Of a stretch of 64,000 bases of DNA, positions 26,980 to 39,127 are shown in pieces (position 1 is the first letter of the stretch; every line of letters begins with the position of its first letter). A program made the position numbers and the translations under genes. Source of the stretch: the human T2T-CHM13v2.0 reference genome, Homo sapiens; assembly GCF_009914755.1 (NCBI RefSeq), contig NC_060947.1. One strand, given 5' to 3'. The notes under the pieces were generated by a model that searched no databases, was not told the origin of the DNA, and saw only the letters and a list, made by a program, of their open reading frames with translations.

Positions 26980-28309
26980 GGAGAGAAGAAAGGAGGGAGA
27001 GAGGAAGGAAGAAAGGCAGAAAGGAAAGGGAGGTCAGGAGAGATAAAAGGGAGATAAGGGGCCTAGCTTACCTGAAGTAGTTAAGATTTGGCCTTCTGAA
27101 AGCTAGTGACTGTGCTGGGGGTAAGGGGGATTGAGGAAACTGAGCTTTCACCTGGAGTCAGTGCCAACAAGACACTAAAGGCCAAGAGGAAGATTTCACT
27201 CTAGGTGCAGTAATAGCATCTCTGCTTTCTTCTCATACTTCCTAGGCAAAATTGCCTTGGAAAAGTCATCATCAGAATTTGAGGTGATTCATTCCAACTC
27301 CTGGCCCATTTTCTGGATGGGAATGATGAGGCCTGGGGAGGGGACAAAATTAAGGTACCAGGACGTAAAGTTGTCTCTTCTCACTAACAGCACAGGCAAC
27401 CAGAGAAAGAACAGCTAGAAGTACTTTGAAGAGCTGGACCATAAATAATAACATGGGCACTTACCTTAGTTGGGTTCTCAATTCCCTCATCTGGGAAATT
27501 GAAGCTAAGAGTTTTGGCCCTTCCTCTTTATCTAGAATTTTGTACATTCCTATAACCTCCTCAAGCACATGTACTTTGAAATGCCCAGAGTGTCCATGTG
27601 CCTTCTTGGGTCAACCAGAGTTTGTGTCCCAGATGCCATGGAGGAGGCCACCTTGGCCAGGCCCCATTCGAAGGATGTACTTTCCTGGGGATCTATAGCA
27701 GATAGGGCTGCTGAGGTTGACTTAGTCCCCAAGGGCCCTAAGGGAATGGCAGGCAGGGCTAGGGGTGGGGCTTTGCATAAACTACCACCTAGGATCCCAG
27801 ATTGAGAGAAAGACAGAAGAGAGCTGAAGATGCCTACCCTGAAGCCCTCAGTTCTTTAGTTCTTATGTTCCTTGGAGAAAAACAGTTGCACTGTTTCCCA
27901 AAGTGCCTAAGAATGAAAATCTGAAAGCTAGGTGGGGCGGGAGCATGGAGATAGATGTCCAATTTTCTCACCTTCCTTCCTAAAGTCTCTCAGGCAGAAG
28001 TAGCTAGGGAGAGTGGGGGAGGTGAGAGAGGTGAGGGGCAAATCAGATTAAGACTCCGTGCTCTGCCTTCCTTTCCCAGTGATAGGGGAGCATGATGTAG
28101 GAGACCATCAAAGCAGCTCCCAGGAAGGGCTCTAAATATGTAAAGTGCTTCCTGGGGACAGATTATCTGGGCTCTCCTCCTCTACCCCTTAATCTTGTGT
28201 CCCTTTCACTGCTCATCCATGTCCTCACCCACAGTTGTACAGAAGAAATACAAGAAGGTCCTGTGGAGGGATTAAAATTTAGTAAAATGAATTTCCCTGG
28301 ATTTAAGTG

Positions 28310-28720
28310 GATATCTGTGCTGTTCCAGGGTCTGTTTGCCTCCTTCCCCAGTTCTCCACATTATAGGGGGTCTGACCCCTACAGGCTGCATTTCCCAGGC
28401 TTCCAAGTCAACTACCTTCTGGCTGGGTTTAACCAATAGAAGGCACTGGTGGGAAGGCAGGGAAAATGGAGAAGCCAGGGTACTTAGCCTCTGCCTTCTC
28501 TGCCTTGAGTGCTGCCCCTGCTGTGTCTCCTCTGTGGTTCCTGCTATCAGCATACTTCCAATTCTGCTGTGTGATTCCAGCTCCGGTTTAGGTCATACTA
28601 CCTCCTCCCATGGTCCCTCCATTCTTCACCACCTCACCCTCACTCTGATTGCAAGGGGGTTGACCCCTGTAAGCTGTGTTTCTCAGGTTCTAATATTAAT
28701 TGACTTCTGGTTTCCTCAAT
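28310..28720. mobile_element. Ancient ERVL LTR fragment (LTR33/LTR41-like)
   Basis: CTGACCCCTACAGGCTGCATTTCCCAGGCT...GGGTTTAACCAATAGAAGGCACTGG resembles these families; boundaries uncertain. Confidence 0.45.
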
Positions 28721-29484
28721 GAGAGAGACTTCAGAGGCAGATTGAAGGGCAGGAATGAGGGAAAGAAGAGGCTACCTCTTCCCATCCTCTAGCTCAGGCG
28801 CATTTCTCATCTGTGGCTTTAGCCCTTGAGGGCAGGCCTGCGATTTCACTTTCAATCAGATGACCCCTCTCCCTCCTCCCTTACCCCTGAAGCCTAGAAG
28901 TTAGGTTGGCTTCCTGCATTTGCTAATCTCTAAGTTATCTGCTTGTCTTACTTGGATTCTCAGCCTATCACCTATGTAACCAATTTATTTTTCACATTAG
29001 ATATTCTGTCATAAATATTTGATAGTTTGTTTACCCAGGTAGATCTTGAATATAAACTGGACTAGCGGAAATGCAGCCTATGATTCAAGGTGAGTGAATG
29101 GGAGGCTCCTCAGTCACTTGACTCAAAGTAATATGGGACTGGGGGACAGCCAATGAAAAGGTGTCTTGTAGCAGCCAGAGAATTGAAGGGAGGCACAGGG
29201 CTGGGCAAGCTGATGCTACCCTTCTACCCACTTGTATTATTCAGGACCTTGCTTCCAGGGCAACACAGCTCCCAAAACTCTCTAAAGGATCTTGGTGGGG
29301 AGGTATAGGCCATTGGGTTAGTTTCCTCTTTTGGTCTTACAGACTCCTGTGCCTGTCAGATACCAGACCATTTGCTATCCTTCTCCATGGCCAATCATAC
29401 CCCTTCCCTCAATAACGCCCATGCCCCCATCCATGCCCACACACACCAGACACAGCAGACACTGGGACTTATTTTCTGGAGAAT

Positions 29485-29490
29485 TTTATT
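29485..29490 (-). terminator. ASB12: ASB12 polyadenylation signal AATAAA
   Basis: TTTATT on plus strand 120 nt after the stop codon, followed on the minus strand by GT-rich sequence (GTCTGCTGTGTCTGGTGTGTGTG). Confidence 0.85.
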
Positions 29491-29609
29491 GTGGAGGATA
29501 ATACAGGAGAGCAGCTCCAGGTAAGTGGATGAGGCTGTAATGCTCTCCAGCTACGTGAGTCCCCAGGTGGTTTTCGGAGGCATCATAAGTTCCTGGGGAG
29601 ACTGCAAGA

Positions 29610-29743
29610 TTACAGTTGGTGTTTTAGGTAGCTAATCAACATGGGAGGAATATCCAGCTGGTTGATGGCTTGTGGCTGGCCAGCCTGGCACAAGGCTCTG
29701 CGGACGACTAAACGGACCTGTGATAGAAGTGACCGTGGAGTGG
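29610..29743 (-). CDS. ASB12: ASB12 last coding exon (SOCS box)
   Basis: Acceptor TTCTTCTTGCTGTAG|CC; phase matches the upstream donor; encodes (A)TPRSLLSQVRLVVRRAL...INQLDIPPMLISYLKHQL*, a BC-box/cullin-box SOCS motif; TAA at 29612-29610. Confidence 0.95.
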
Positions 29744-30102
29744 CTACAGCAAGAAGAAACAGGTCATGAGGAGCAATTATCAGCAAAATTCTCCCACACA
29801 AGCCTACATCCACTCTCCACTGGCTACTACAGCCCTAATGCTCTATCCTTTCCAAGAAATAAACAGTCATTGGCAGAGCCAGAACCAGAAATTGGGCTAA
29901 TGCTCCCCACCCCCACCCAACCTTATCTTAGTGACCTTTCTCTAACATGGAATACATAACCCCTCTTCTCTACTGGGGCCCCAGGAGAGGGAGGAAGATG
30001 GAGTTTTCTCCAGTGCACCTCAGAGGATTGGCTTATACGTGATTTAGAGCCCTGGGACCTCCAAGCCAGGTGGCCTATGAGGCTGGCCTGTTCACCACTC
30101 AC

Positions 30103-30925
30103 CTCGGGCCTGTAGCAGCAATGCAATGCCTTTATCATCTTGTGAGGTCAGGTCAAGGGAGAGAGATGGAAGGTAGATATTAGCACCAAAATCGATTAAC
30201 AGCTGGATATACTCTGGCTCACAATTATGATGGAGGCAGATTTCAAGGAGGGTGCGGGGTCTTGGGACACGAGCCAATAGGCCCTGGTCAGTGCAGTTGT
30301 AGTCAGGGTCTGCCCCGTGGAGCAAAAGCAGGCGGAAACAGTCCAGGTGCCCGTAGACTGCGGCCAAATAGAGGGGGCCAGAACATGAAGCTATGTTTGA
30401 TGCCCAGACTGGTAGTTTAGCTTTGACGTTGGCCTCTGCACCATGGTCTAGGAGCTCCTGCAGGATAGCAACAGCACCATCACGGGCAGCTGTGAGCACG
30501 GGAGAACAGTTGTTGTAGATGCTACCACCAGGAGAGGCACCAGCTTCCAAAAGCACACGTACACAGTCCAGATGGCCATGACTGACAGCAGTGAAAAGTG
30601 GCGTCTGTGCCTTGACATCCAAGCTGTCAACATCAGCACCATGGGCTAAGAGGACTTGCAAACAGCTCAAGTGGCCATAAGAAGCAGCCAAGCGCAAGGG
30701 TGTCCCAGGAACACCCCAGCCACTCCTGCTGTTGATGAAACGTTTGTAACGCTCCTGGCGCAAAAGCTGGTCCAAAGTATAGGAGTCGTTGTCATACACT
30801 GCTTGATTGAGAGCCTGCTTCTCCTCTGTGTCAGTGTCCTCCTCCTCCTTGTCGGGCTGCAGGAGGGAGAAGATCTTGGTGATGTCCATGAGGTTCATCT
30901 TGGCTAATTGGAGAACTATTCTCAT
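30103..30925 (-). CDS. ASB12: ASB12 first coding exon (ankyrin repeats); exon starts at 30949, alternative ATG at 30898
   Basis: Ankyrin repeats TPLRLAASYGH, TPLFTAVSHGH, SPVLTAARDG, GPLYLAAVYGH. Acceptor TTTGTCACCCACAG|ATC at 30950/30949; donor CGAG|GTGAGT at 30103/30102; 823+134 nt = 318 aa plus stop. Confidence 0.96.
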
Positions 30926-32479
30926 TATGAGCACAAGGAAATGCCAGATCTGTGGGTGACAAACAAGTGGGAGAGAATGAGGGTACCCATCAAAAGCCTG
31001 ACCATGCACGCTCCTTGAAATCTCCCTCCATTTCACCATCAGGCTACTCATTCATGGGTCTCCTACTTCTCACTCCCAATCCCACTGTCTTATTTCAGGC
31101 CCCAAAGACACTGCCAAAACAGGTCAGGGCATTTTACAGTTTGATGCCTTTGCATACACTCTTCTGCCTACCCCTCAAACTCCTACGTCTAGGAAGCCTT
31201 CTCTAATCTCCTCTTCCTGCTCAGGGATTCTGAAGGATCACAACTAAACTTCAGCTATGAACTTTCACACCACATTTCCGCTTATCTATGTTCCATTAGT
31301 GTATAAACTCCAGGGCAAGGACCCTGTATTCATCTTGTATTCCTCTATCCCTAGTAGGGCTATATCATGGCTGGAAATCTGGTAGATGCATTTTCCTCAG
31401 TTCAGAATGTGTGGATTAGTAAGGTGGCTCTGGCCTGGCGCTGGCTAAGCCAATAGAACCATACTTTGTGGTGTCAAGTTGCCATCCCTGAGCTTGCTGA
31501 CATCAATCTTTTGGGGCAAGCCCTTAACTCCATTTTCAGATAGTTTAACTCTTCACAGCCCCTCATATATGACTAAAGCTCCCTCATCTGAGCCTTCTGT
31601 AACCTTCCCTCAGATGAAGTCCCACATTTCAGGAAAAGAAGTATTCAGGAAACTGGTATTGAATGATATTTACTGATTAAATGAAGAGGTGGCATTACAA
31701 AGAACATATTTCAAGTAAAATGAAGACAGATGGCAGGAAACAGTCGAGGCTCCCAGGGCAAGTTTCCTCTCTGATTACAACTAGATTCTCCCCCAGGACC
31801 AATTTAATCCAGGAGTCCCTTTGATTGCCAACACTGGCTCCCCATTCCTCTGGCTTAAGCCTTTTTCCATCCTGTCTGACCCAGGCTAGAGCCTTTGACT
31901 CAACCTTCAACTCTTCTCTTTCCATAATCCTCACCCTACAAAACCACTCATGGCTCAATGTCTGACTCAACCCAACCTCTGACCTTACCAGTGCTTCAGT
32001 GTCAAGGTCGCCCACCTCAGTTTGTAATGTCATCAGGGCGAGCTGGCAGGTTTCTCAGAGCTTAAGTTCCCCTACTCTCCCATACCCTGCAGCTGAGGTC
32101 TCAGGACCTCATATCTTCTTTTATTCACTGTCTACCCCCACCCCTCTTTGTTAGTCTGGGACCTCAGGTACCTACCTCATAGAAAGAAAATTATGAGGTG
32201 GGTGGGTAGGGTCACCCTAAACTTTAGGCCCCTCCCCACCCACCAGCATCAGCTCCATATATGGTGTTATTATTTATTCATTCTTGGGGTGCAATGGGAA
32301 GGACAGGATTTTGGAAATCCAGCAGACCCAGGTTTGCAGCTCAGCACTCTCAGTTCTTTGCTGAGTAACCTTGGGTAAGTCTCTTCCCTTCTTTGGGACT
32401 CAGTTTCCTCATCTATAAGACAGAAATGGAAGTCACTTTCTCATGAGGTTATTAGGAGTAAGAGAGCTACTACATACTC

Positions 32480-33660
32480 TGCACCTTTAGCCTCCATCTT
32501 AGGAGACAAAACTTAGGAGAATAAACTTCTATGGTCCTTTGTCCCACTCTAGCTATCTTTCTCTTCGTCTCTCCCTTCTTTACACCAAACATATCCAAAT
32601 AGTTTTCTACTATGTACTTCACCACCTTCCATTCACTTGTCCATTCTCTGCAGTCTGGCTTCACCCACACTCAAACATACACCAAGAAAGCTCTTCAAAA
32701 GGTCATCTTTGTGGTTAAATCCAGTGGATATCTTGAAGATCTTTTCTTCCCTGACTTTTCTGGAATATCTATCCCTACAGACCACTCCTCCCTACAAACT
32801 CCTCCATCAGCTTCTTTGCCAGCACACTCTCCTGATTTTTCTCCCTTCCCATTCTCCCCTGAAATATTTGTGTTCTCTTCTCCAACCTCTTCTCTCCAGT
32901 CGCTCTCACCTTTATTCTGATTATTTTAAGCGTCTCTATCCGAGCCCCCAGCTCTCTCTTTAGCTCCAGGCATGTATCCACTGAGTTTCTTCAAGCACTT
33001 CAAAGACAGCAGTATCACATCACCACCACTACCACCATGACTAAACTTGATCCATATATCATTTCCTCACCATCTACCTGGTCAACCAAACCAAAAACCA
33101 AGACTCCTGTCAATGCTCTTGCCTCTTTATCCCACTCTCATAAAATCCCATCAAGTCCTGTGGATTTTACCTACTAAAGACTTCTCCAGACCATCTGTGC
33201 TCTTCAGGGACCATTCTCATTGACTATGCTTCATCTAGGCCCCCACTGCCTTTTGCCTCAGCAGTTATAGTGGTCTCATAGGTAGTTTCTCTTTTCAATA
33301 TTTTCTCCACATTGTTGCTAAAGTGGTAATTTAAAAATACATATCTGATCTCTACCAATCCTCTGTTTTAAATACCTTAATGGCTCCCCTTTCTTTCCAG
33401 CTACAGCCCAAATACTTTAGCCCAGCTCAGAGGTCCTTCATGAATAAATCTTGGCCAATCTCTCCAGCCTCACTTCCTACTACTCCTTGACTTATATCCT
33501 GAGGTCCAGTGACAAGAGACAAAAAGTGATGGCTCTCCATATACACCATGTTTCTTTCTGCCACATGCAACTCCTTCTGCCAAGTTAATTCCTGCAGAGT
33601 CTGTGTTATAGCACTATAGCAGTCATCACACTGTATTGTAACTTCTATATGGGTCTTTGT
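32480..33660 (+). mobile_element. Degenerate L2 LINE in ASB12 intron 1
   Basis: L2 ORF2/3' motifs (CAGTCTGGCTTC.CCC, AAATCCAGTGGA, CAAGTCCTGTGGATTTTACCT.CTAAA, AATGGCTCCCC). Confidence 0.6.
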
Positions 33661-34786
33661 TTGCCCTAGTGCAGATAAAGAGGCCTTATGTGGTAGTGGC
33701 AAAACATGGGAGTTCTGCTTCTACCCCAGCTCTAGCATTTAGTAGCTGTGTGACCTGGGGCAGGTCACTTAATCTCTCTGTGCCCATTTCTTCATCTGTA
33801 AAGACAAAATAACAATAGTATCTGCCTTGGAGGGTTCTTAGGATTAAATGAGTTAGTACATAGTAAGTGCTTAGAATAGTGCCTGAAAGTAGTTCTCAGT
33901 AACTATTTTTACTATGATGATGATTGTTACTTATGTCTCCATTTTCTAAGGCTATTGCTCCCTACTTAATGTTCTAGAACCTCAGAGCTGCAAGGGACCT
34001 TGTAGATCATTTAATTTAATTTTTTCAATTTACAGATGGGGAAACCAAGGTTCAGAGCAGAGCAGGGACTTTGGTAAGGTCACATGGTTGTTATTGTTAG
34101 TTGTCTCATTAACAAGAACTCAGAACACACTTATAATCCTGTGCTTTTCAAAGCAATTTCATGTAACAAAATAGGTAATATTATCCCCATTTTTTGGATG
34201 GAGGAAACTGAGTCCAGAGAGGGTAAGGGGTTTTCCATATACCTTACATCAAGGCAAAAGCAGAGTCAGAAATAGAATCCAGGTTTCTCTACTCCTCCTC
34301 CTGTTCTTTCTATTACAAGATGAAACACAAACACATACCCCCCTCCCTTGACTCCAGCAGTCACATTGCAGCTCCCAGGATCTTCAGCTTTTGAGTGTCA
34401 TGCTGAATTCCAGGGTCTTCGGTAATGGAAGGTTCCTTTACAAATAATTTATTCTGATAACTGGTAGGAATTCCCTCCTTAATATTTTATTTTGGCGACT
34501 GGGATCTGGGCAGATAATTGGCAGGGAGTGGCAGAGGGAAGTGCTGAAGTTCTTGCTAAGGTTCATACCAAGAGCCCACAGCAGAGCTCATATAATGAGC
34601 CTCCAGAGGGAGACCAAGCCATGCTCTCCAGCTGGCTGTGGCACTGGAGTGAATCGTGCCTCCATTAGATAAGGACAAGGAAATCCAGCTAGCCTGTTGT
34701 CTTACCTCACTTTGCTGTAGTTTATTAATCAAAGAGTTACTATGTGCCTGTTATGTGCACGTAGCTCCTTCCTGATCCTAAAGATG

Positions 34787-35267
34787 TAGGAGTTTTAAAC
34801 CTTTTTTTTTGTGATATTGGTTCCTGTGACAAACTAGCAAAGTCTGTAAACACCTTTCAGAATGGTTTTTGCTACATAAAACACATAAAATTAAAGGAAA
34901 CCAATTATATTAAAATGTGACTGTCAAAATATTTTTAAATGCATGATATAGTAAGAGATGTTCTTTAGTAACACATTAAATAAAAAGGTCTAGTAATAAT
35001 TTCTAAGTGGTAATAAATGACATTTCAAGATCTCTGCCACAACTGTAATATGATATGAAATATCTGTGGTTTCTTCTGGTAACCAAATTACATGAACTGG
35101 TTATGCTACTGCCATTTGATACCTGCATTCATCCTTGAAGGAAATAGTACATTTTAGTTAGAGGTTAGGGGGAAAAAAGGTAATTGTCTATTCATCCAAG
35201 TTTCTGGACCCCTTGAATTCTATCTAAGGCCCTCTTGGTGTCTGTCAATCCAGGTTAAGTACTCCCA
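34787..35267 (+). mobile_element. hAT-Charlie DNA transposon (MER119-like)
   Basis: Degenerate TIRs (TAGGAGTTTTAAACC / GGTTAAGTACTCC) and internal AAAGGAAACCAATTATATT, CCAAGTT...GGACCCC. Confidence 0.6.
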
Positions 35268-35737
35268 CAGGAAAGTGGTTGGTTTCCGTGCATCCTAGAG
35301 CATTCCTTCAGGCATTAGCAGAACGTTTTTAAGCCTCATCTTCCTTCTCTCACCCTTACGAGTTCTGCCCTTATGCCCTTAAACCCACTCTAAGGCACCC
35401 ACACACACAGACTAGCCAACACCACACAGGGACACAAAGACAAATCTCCACACTTCCTGTAGTGTATAATCACAATTGCTCTCAAGAAGCAGGTCTGTTT
35501 AGACCCGAGGTCCTAGGCAGACATATCCTCTTGGGACACACAAGGCAGGGAGCTGGCATTATATCCCTCCTCCCTCCTCCTGGTGGGTTGCCCTAACGAC
35601 CTTCCAAGCGCCTCCCCCAACTCCCACCACGTCCCAGACCCAGCGGAAACAGCCTACAACGGGAAGTGGGTGATCACAGGTCTGTGGGCCCGCAGTGGTC
35701 ACTCTTCTCAAACCGGTCCTAGGCTCCAGGTACTCAC

Positions 35738-35900
35738 CGGGCTTCAGCCTGAGGCCATGCTGCCCAGGGTCGCTGCCCCCCGCCCCTCTGTGAAACATTG
35801 GGGCCCTGGTGTCCCCTCCTTAGGGAGCCCCCACGGCCCCAACCTGGAGCAGCTGGGGCTCTCGTTTCCCACTGTTAACAATGCCGTTGAAAGACTAGGA
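35738..35900 (-). other. ASB12: Probable ASB12 non-coding exon 1 (5' end approximate)
   Basis: Donor CCG|GTGAGTA at 35738/35737 inside a local GC/CpG-rich patch, with an AT-rich MEF2/TATA-like element just upstream. Confidence 0.65.
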
Positions 35901-35937
35901 GTCAGTCCCTAGTCTTGGTCCAAGGGGCTAATTTTAG
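35850..35937 (-). promoter_or_regulatory. ASB12: ASB12 core promoter with MEF2 site and myogenic E-box
   Basis: CTAATTTTAG (CTA-W4-TAG) at 35928-35937; CAGCTG at 35850-35855. Confidence 0.55.
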
Positions 35938-36171
35938 GCTACCCTCCACCCCCTCTTCCCAGGCCGTGTTATCTTACCAGTGCCATTCTGGGAGCGATTT
36001 CAGTAAGAGGAGGGGCTCTCCCATGGGGAAGTCCTGGAAGGACTGACTGACAGATAGACAGGTGCCTGGTGAGGCTAGGGTTCCTGCTCCCAGCCTATCC
36101 TCCTATATCCCTCCCTGCCACTCAAATGGGAGACAGGGTGAGGCCCCTGAGCTGCGGTTGTTCCCACACCT

Positions 36172-36185
36172 CCACCAGGGGGCAC
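36172..36185 (+). promoter_or_regulatory. CTCF core motif
   Basis: CCACCAGGGGGCAC matches the CCASYAGRKGGCRS consensus at all positions. Confidence 0.65.
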
Positions 36186-36214
36186 TGAGAAGGTCCAGCC
36201 TCAGCCTAGCACAC

Positions 36215-36798
36215 TTTTTTTTTCTCTTTTTTTTTTTTCTAATTATACTTTAAGTTTTAGGGTACATGTGCACAACGTGCAGGTTAGTTACATATGTATA
36301 CATGTGCCATGTTGGTATGCTGCACCCAGTAACTCGTCATTTAACATTAGGTATATCTCCAAATGCTATCCCTCCCACCTCCCCCCACCCCACAACAGGC
36401 CCCGGTGTGTGATGTTCCCCTTCCTGTGTCCATGTGTTCTCATTGTTCAATTCCCACCTATGAGTGAGAACATGCAGTGTTTGGTTTTTTGTCCTTGCGA
36501 TAGTTTGCTGAGAATGATGGTTTCCAGCTTCATCCATGTCCCTACAAAGGACATGAACTCATCATTTTTTATGGCTGCGTAGTATTCCATGGTGTATATG
36601 TGCCACATTTTCTTAATCCAGTCTATCATTGTTGGACATTTGGCTTGGTTCCAAGTCTTTGCTATTGTGAACAGTGCTGCAGTAAACATACGTGTGCATG
36701 TGTCTTTACAGCTGCATGATTTATAATCCTTTGGGTATATACCCAGTAATGGGATTGCTGGGTCAAATGGTATTTCTAGTTCTATATCCCTGAGGAAT
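36215..36798 (-). mobile_element. 5'-truncated L1PA (PA3-PA5-like) 3' end
   Basis: PolyT then TTATACTTTAAGTTTTAGGGTACATGTG; encodes ORF2 C-terminus FLRDIELEIPFDPAIP...SLIGGN. Confidence 0.92.
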
Positions 36799-38639
36799 CT
36801 CTTCTTTTTTCTCTTCTGAACTGAGCCTCTCTGCATATCCTCCAACTCGTTGCCCCTCCCCTTCCTTCACTGCTCAGAGTGAGGAGGAAGGTAGGAAGGA
36901 GAAGCCTCCATAACAGAATGTGTTCTCACTCAGCTTTTCTAAAGCTTAAGAAGGCCTTGGTCATTTATAAAGACCTTCCCAGTCCACTGACCCACCAGGC
37001 TCAGCCTGAAGAAAATGCCCACAACCTCCCACTATCCTCACCCTAAAGCATCACCATTACTTTAATGTGTCCAGCACTGGAAACTTTGTCAAAAACTCAG
37101 CTCTCACTTTTTCTGCCCCAAAACAGCCCTCTAGGGATCTGAACCCAGATATTATATCCTCCATGTCACCTTGTTTCAGGGAAAACAGCCCCAGCTCCTT
37201 CAACTATTTCTTTCAATCTGTTATCTATTTAGTTCCCTCCCCAGTCTTGTCTACCTCACTCATGAAGTGGTCAAGCAATCTGCTTGCACATTGATAGTGC
37301 CAGGGAGCTCACAGAAGACCAGATAACTCCTCTGGAAAATGTGGGAATGTCCTAGTGTGATCAGTGACTCTGAAGATCAGAAACATCAAAAAGCATACCA
37401 GTTTCAGCTTAGCTTGAGCCAGGGGACTTTGTCTGAGGCCTCATGCAAGCCCAATTAGCAGTCAACAAATAAGCTATTATGATGCTAAAGATGACAGAGT
37501 AAGGTGTTATTCTTGAAAAAAAGATTTGCAGGATTTTTTAATGTAAGTTTTTGTTGAGATAATTGTAATTCACATGTGGTTGTGGAATTAATACAGATTC
37601 CAAGTACACTTTACTGAGTTTCTCCCAATGCTAACATCCTGCAATACTATAGTACAATATCTCAAGTATGACATTGGCATTGATACAATCCACTTATCTT
37701 ATTTAAATCTCCCCAGGTTTACTTGTACTTTTTTGTGTCTGTGTGCGTACATTTAATTCTATACAATTTTATTACATGTAGCTTGTGTATACCACCTTAG
37801 ACAATATACAGAATAGTTCTATCCCAATTAGGATATTTCACATTGCCTTTTATAGCCATATCTACTTCCTTCCTACTTCCTTTCCATTCTTCCCACCTTG
37901 GTACCTAACCCCTGGAAACCTCTAATCTGTTCTTCATATCTATAATTTCAAAATTATATGAATGAAACCATACATGATATAAACATTTGGAATTAGGTTT
38001 TTCACTCAGCATGTCCTTGAAATTAATTCAAGTTGCTGTATGTATCAAGTTTGTTTATTTTTATTGCTAAATGTGATTTATAGTAGGTATGTAGCATAAT
38101 TTGTTTAATTATTGACCGATTGAAGGACATGTGGGTTCTATTTACTATCTGTCTACTATGAATAAAGCTGCTATGAACATCTGTGTACAGGTCTTTATCA
38201 TTGTCGTTTTATAGTAGAGTAGATTGACTCCTTTAGCTTTACTATTTCATTTCAAGATTGTTTTAGCTATTTTAGTATCTGCACCTCTTTATATAAATTT
38301 TAGAACCAGCTTGTCTATGCCTACAAAAAACCTCTTTGAGATTTTGATAGAAATTGTGTTAAATCTATATATCAGTTTGGTTATATATATCAGAGTGCTT
38401 TGTTATACTGAGTCTTCCAGTGTATGCACATGATATGTTTTTACATTTATTTAGGTCTTCTTTGATTTCTTTTATCAGCATTTCTGATTTTTCAGCATAT
38501 GGATTGTATATTTTGTTAAGAATATACCTAAATATTTCAATTTCTGTGGTGCAAATGACATTGGATTTTGATTTGGGTTTCCATATATTTGGTTCTTCTT
38601 GTTCCATATGTTTGTTTCTTCTTAGAAATGCAATTGGTT

Positions 38640-39127
38640 CACATGCACATGTATGTTTATTGCAGCACTATTTGCAATAGAAAAGACATGGAACCAACAC
38701 AGATGCCCATCAATGATAGACTGGATAAATAAAATGTGGTACATATACACCATGGAATACTATGCAGCCATAAAAAAGAGTGAGATCATGTCCTTTGCAG
38801 GGACATGGATGAAGCTCGAAGCCAAATCCTCAGCAAACTAACACAGGAGCAGAAAACCAAACATTGCAGATTCTCACTCATAAGTGGGAGTTGAACAGTG
38901 AGAACATATGGACACGGGGAGGGGGACAACACACACTGGGGCCTGCTGGGAGGTAGGGGGCAAGGGGAGGGAGAGAATGAGGACAAATATCTAATGCTTG
39001 TGGGGTTTCAAACCTAGATAATGGGTTGATAGGTGCAGCAAACCATCATGGCACATGTAACAAACCTGCATGTTCTGCACATGTATCCTGGAACTTAAAG
39101 TAAAATTAAATTAAATTTTAAAAAAAG
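38640..39127 (+). mobile_element. 5'-truncated older L1PA 3' end
   Basis: MFIAALFAIEKTWNQHRCPSM...YTMEYYAAIKK, 3' UTR and A-rich tail; AGAAATGC on both flanks. Confidence 0.88.

Noticed and set aside
30950-31051. N-terminal 34 aa of the 319-aa ORF and its C-terminal GEW
   Set aside because: They lie outside the splice acceptor (30949) and donor (30103), so they are intronic.
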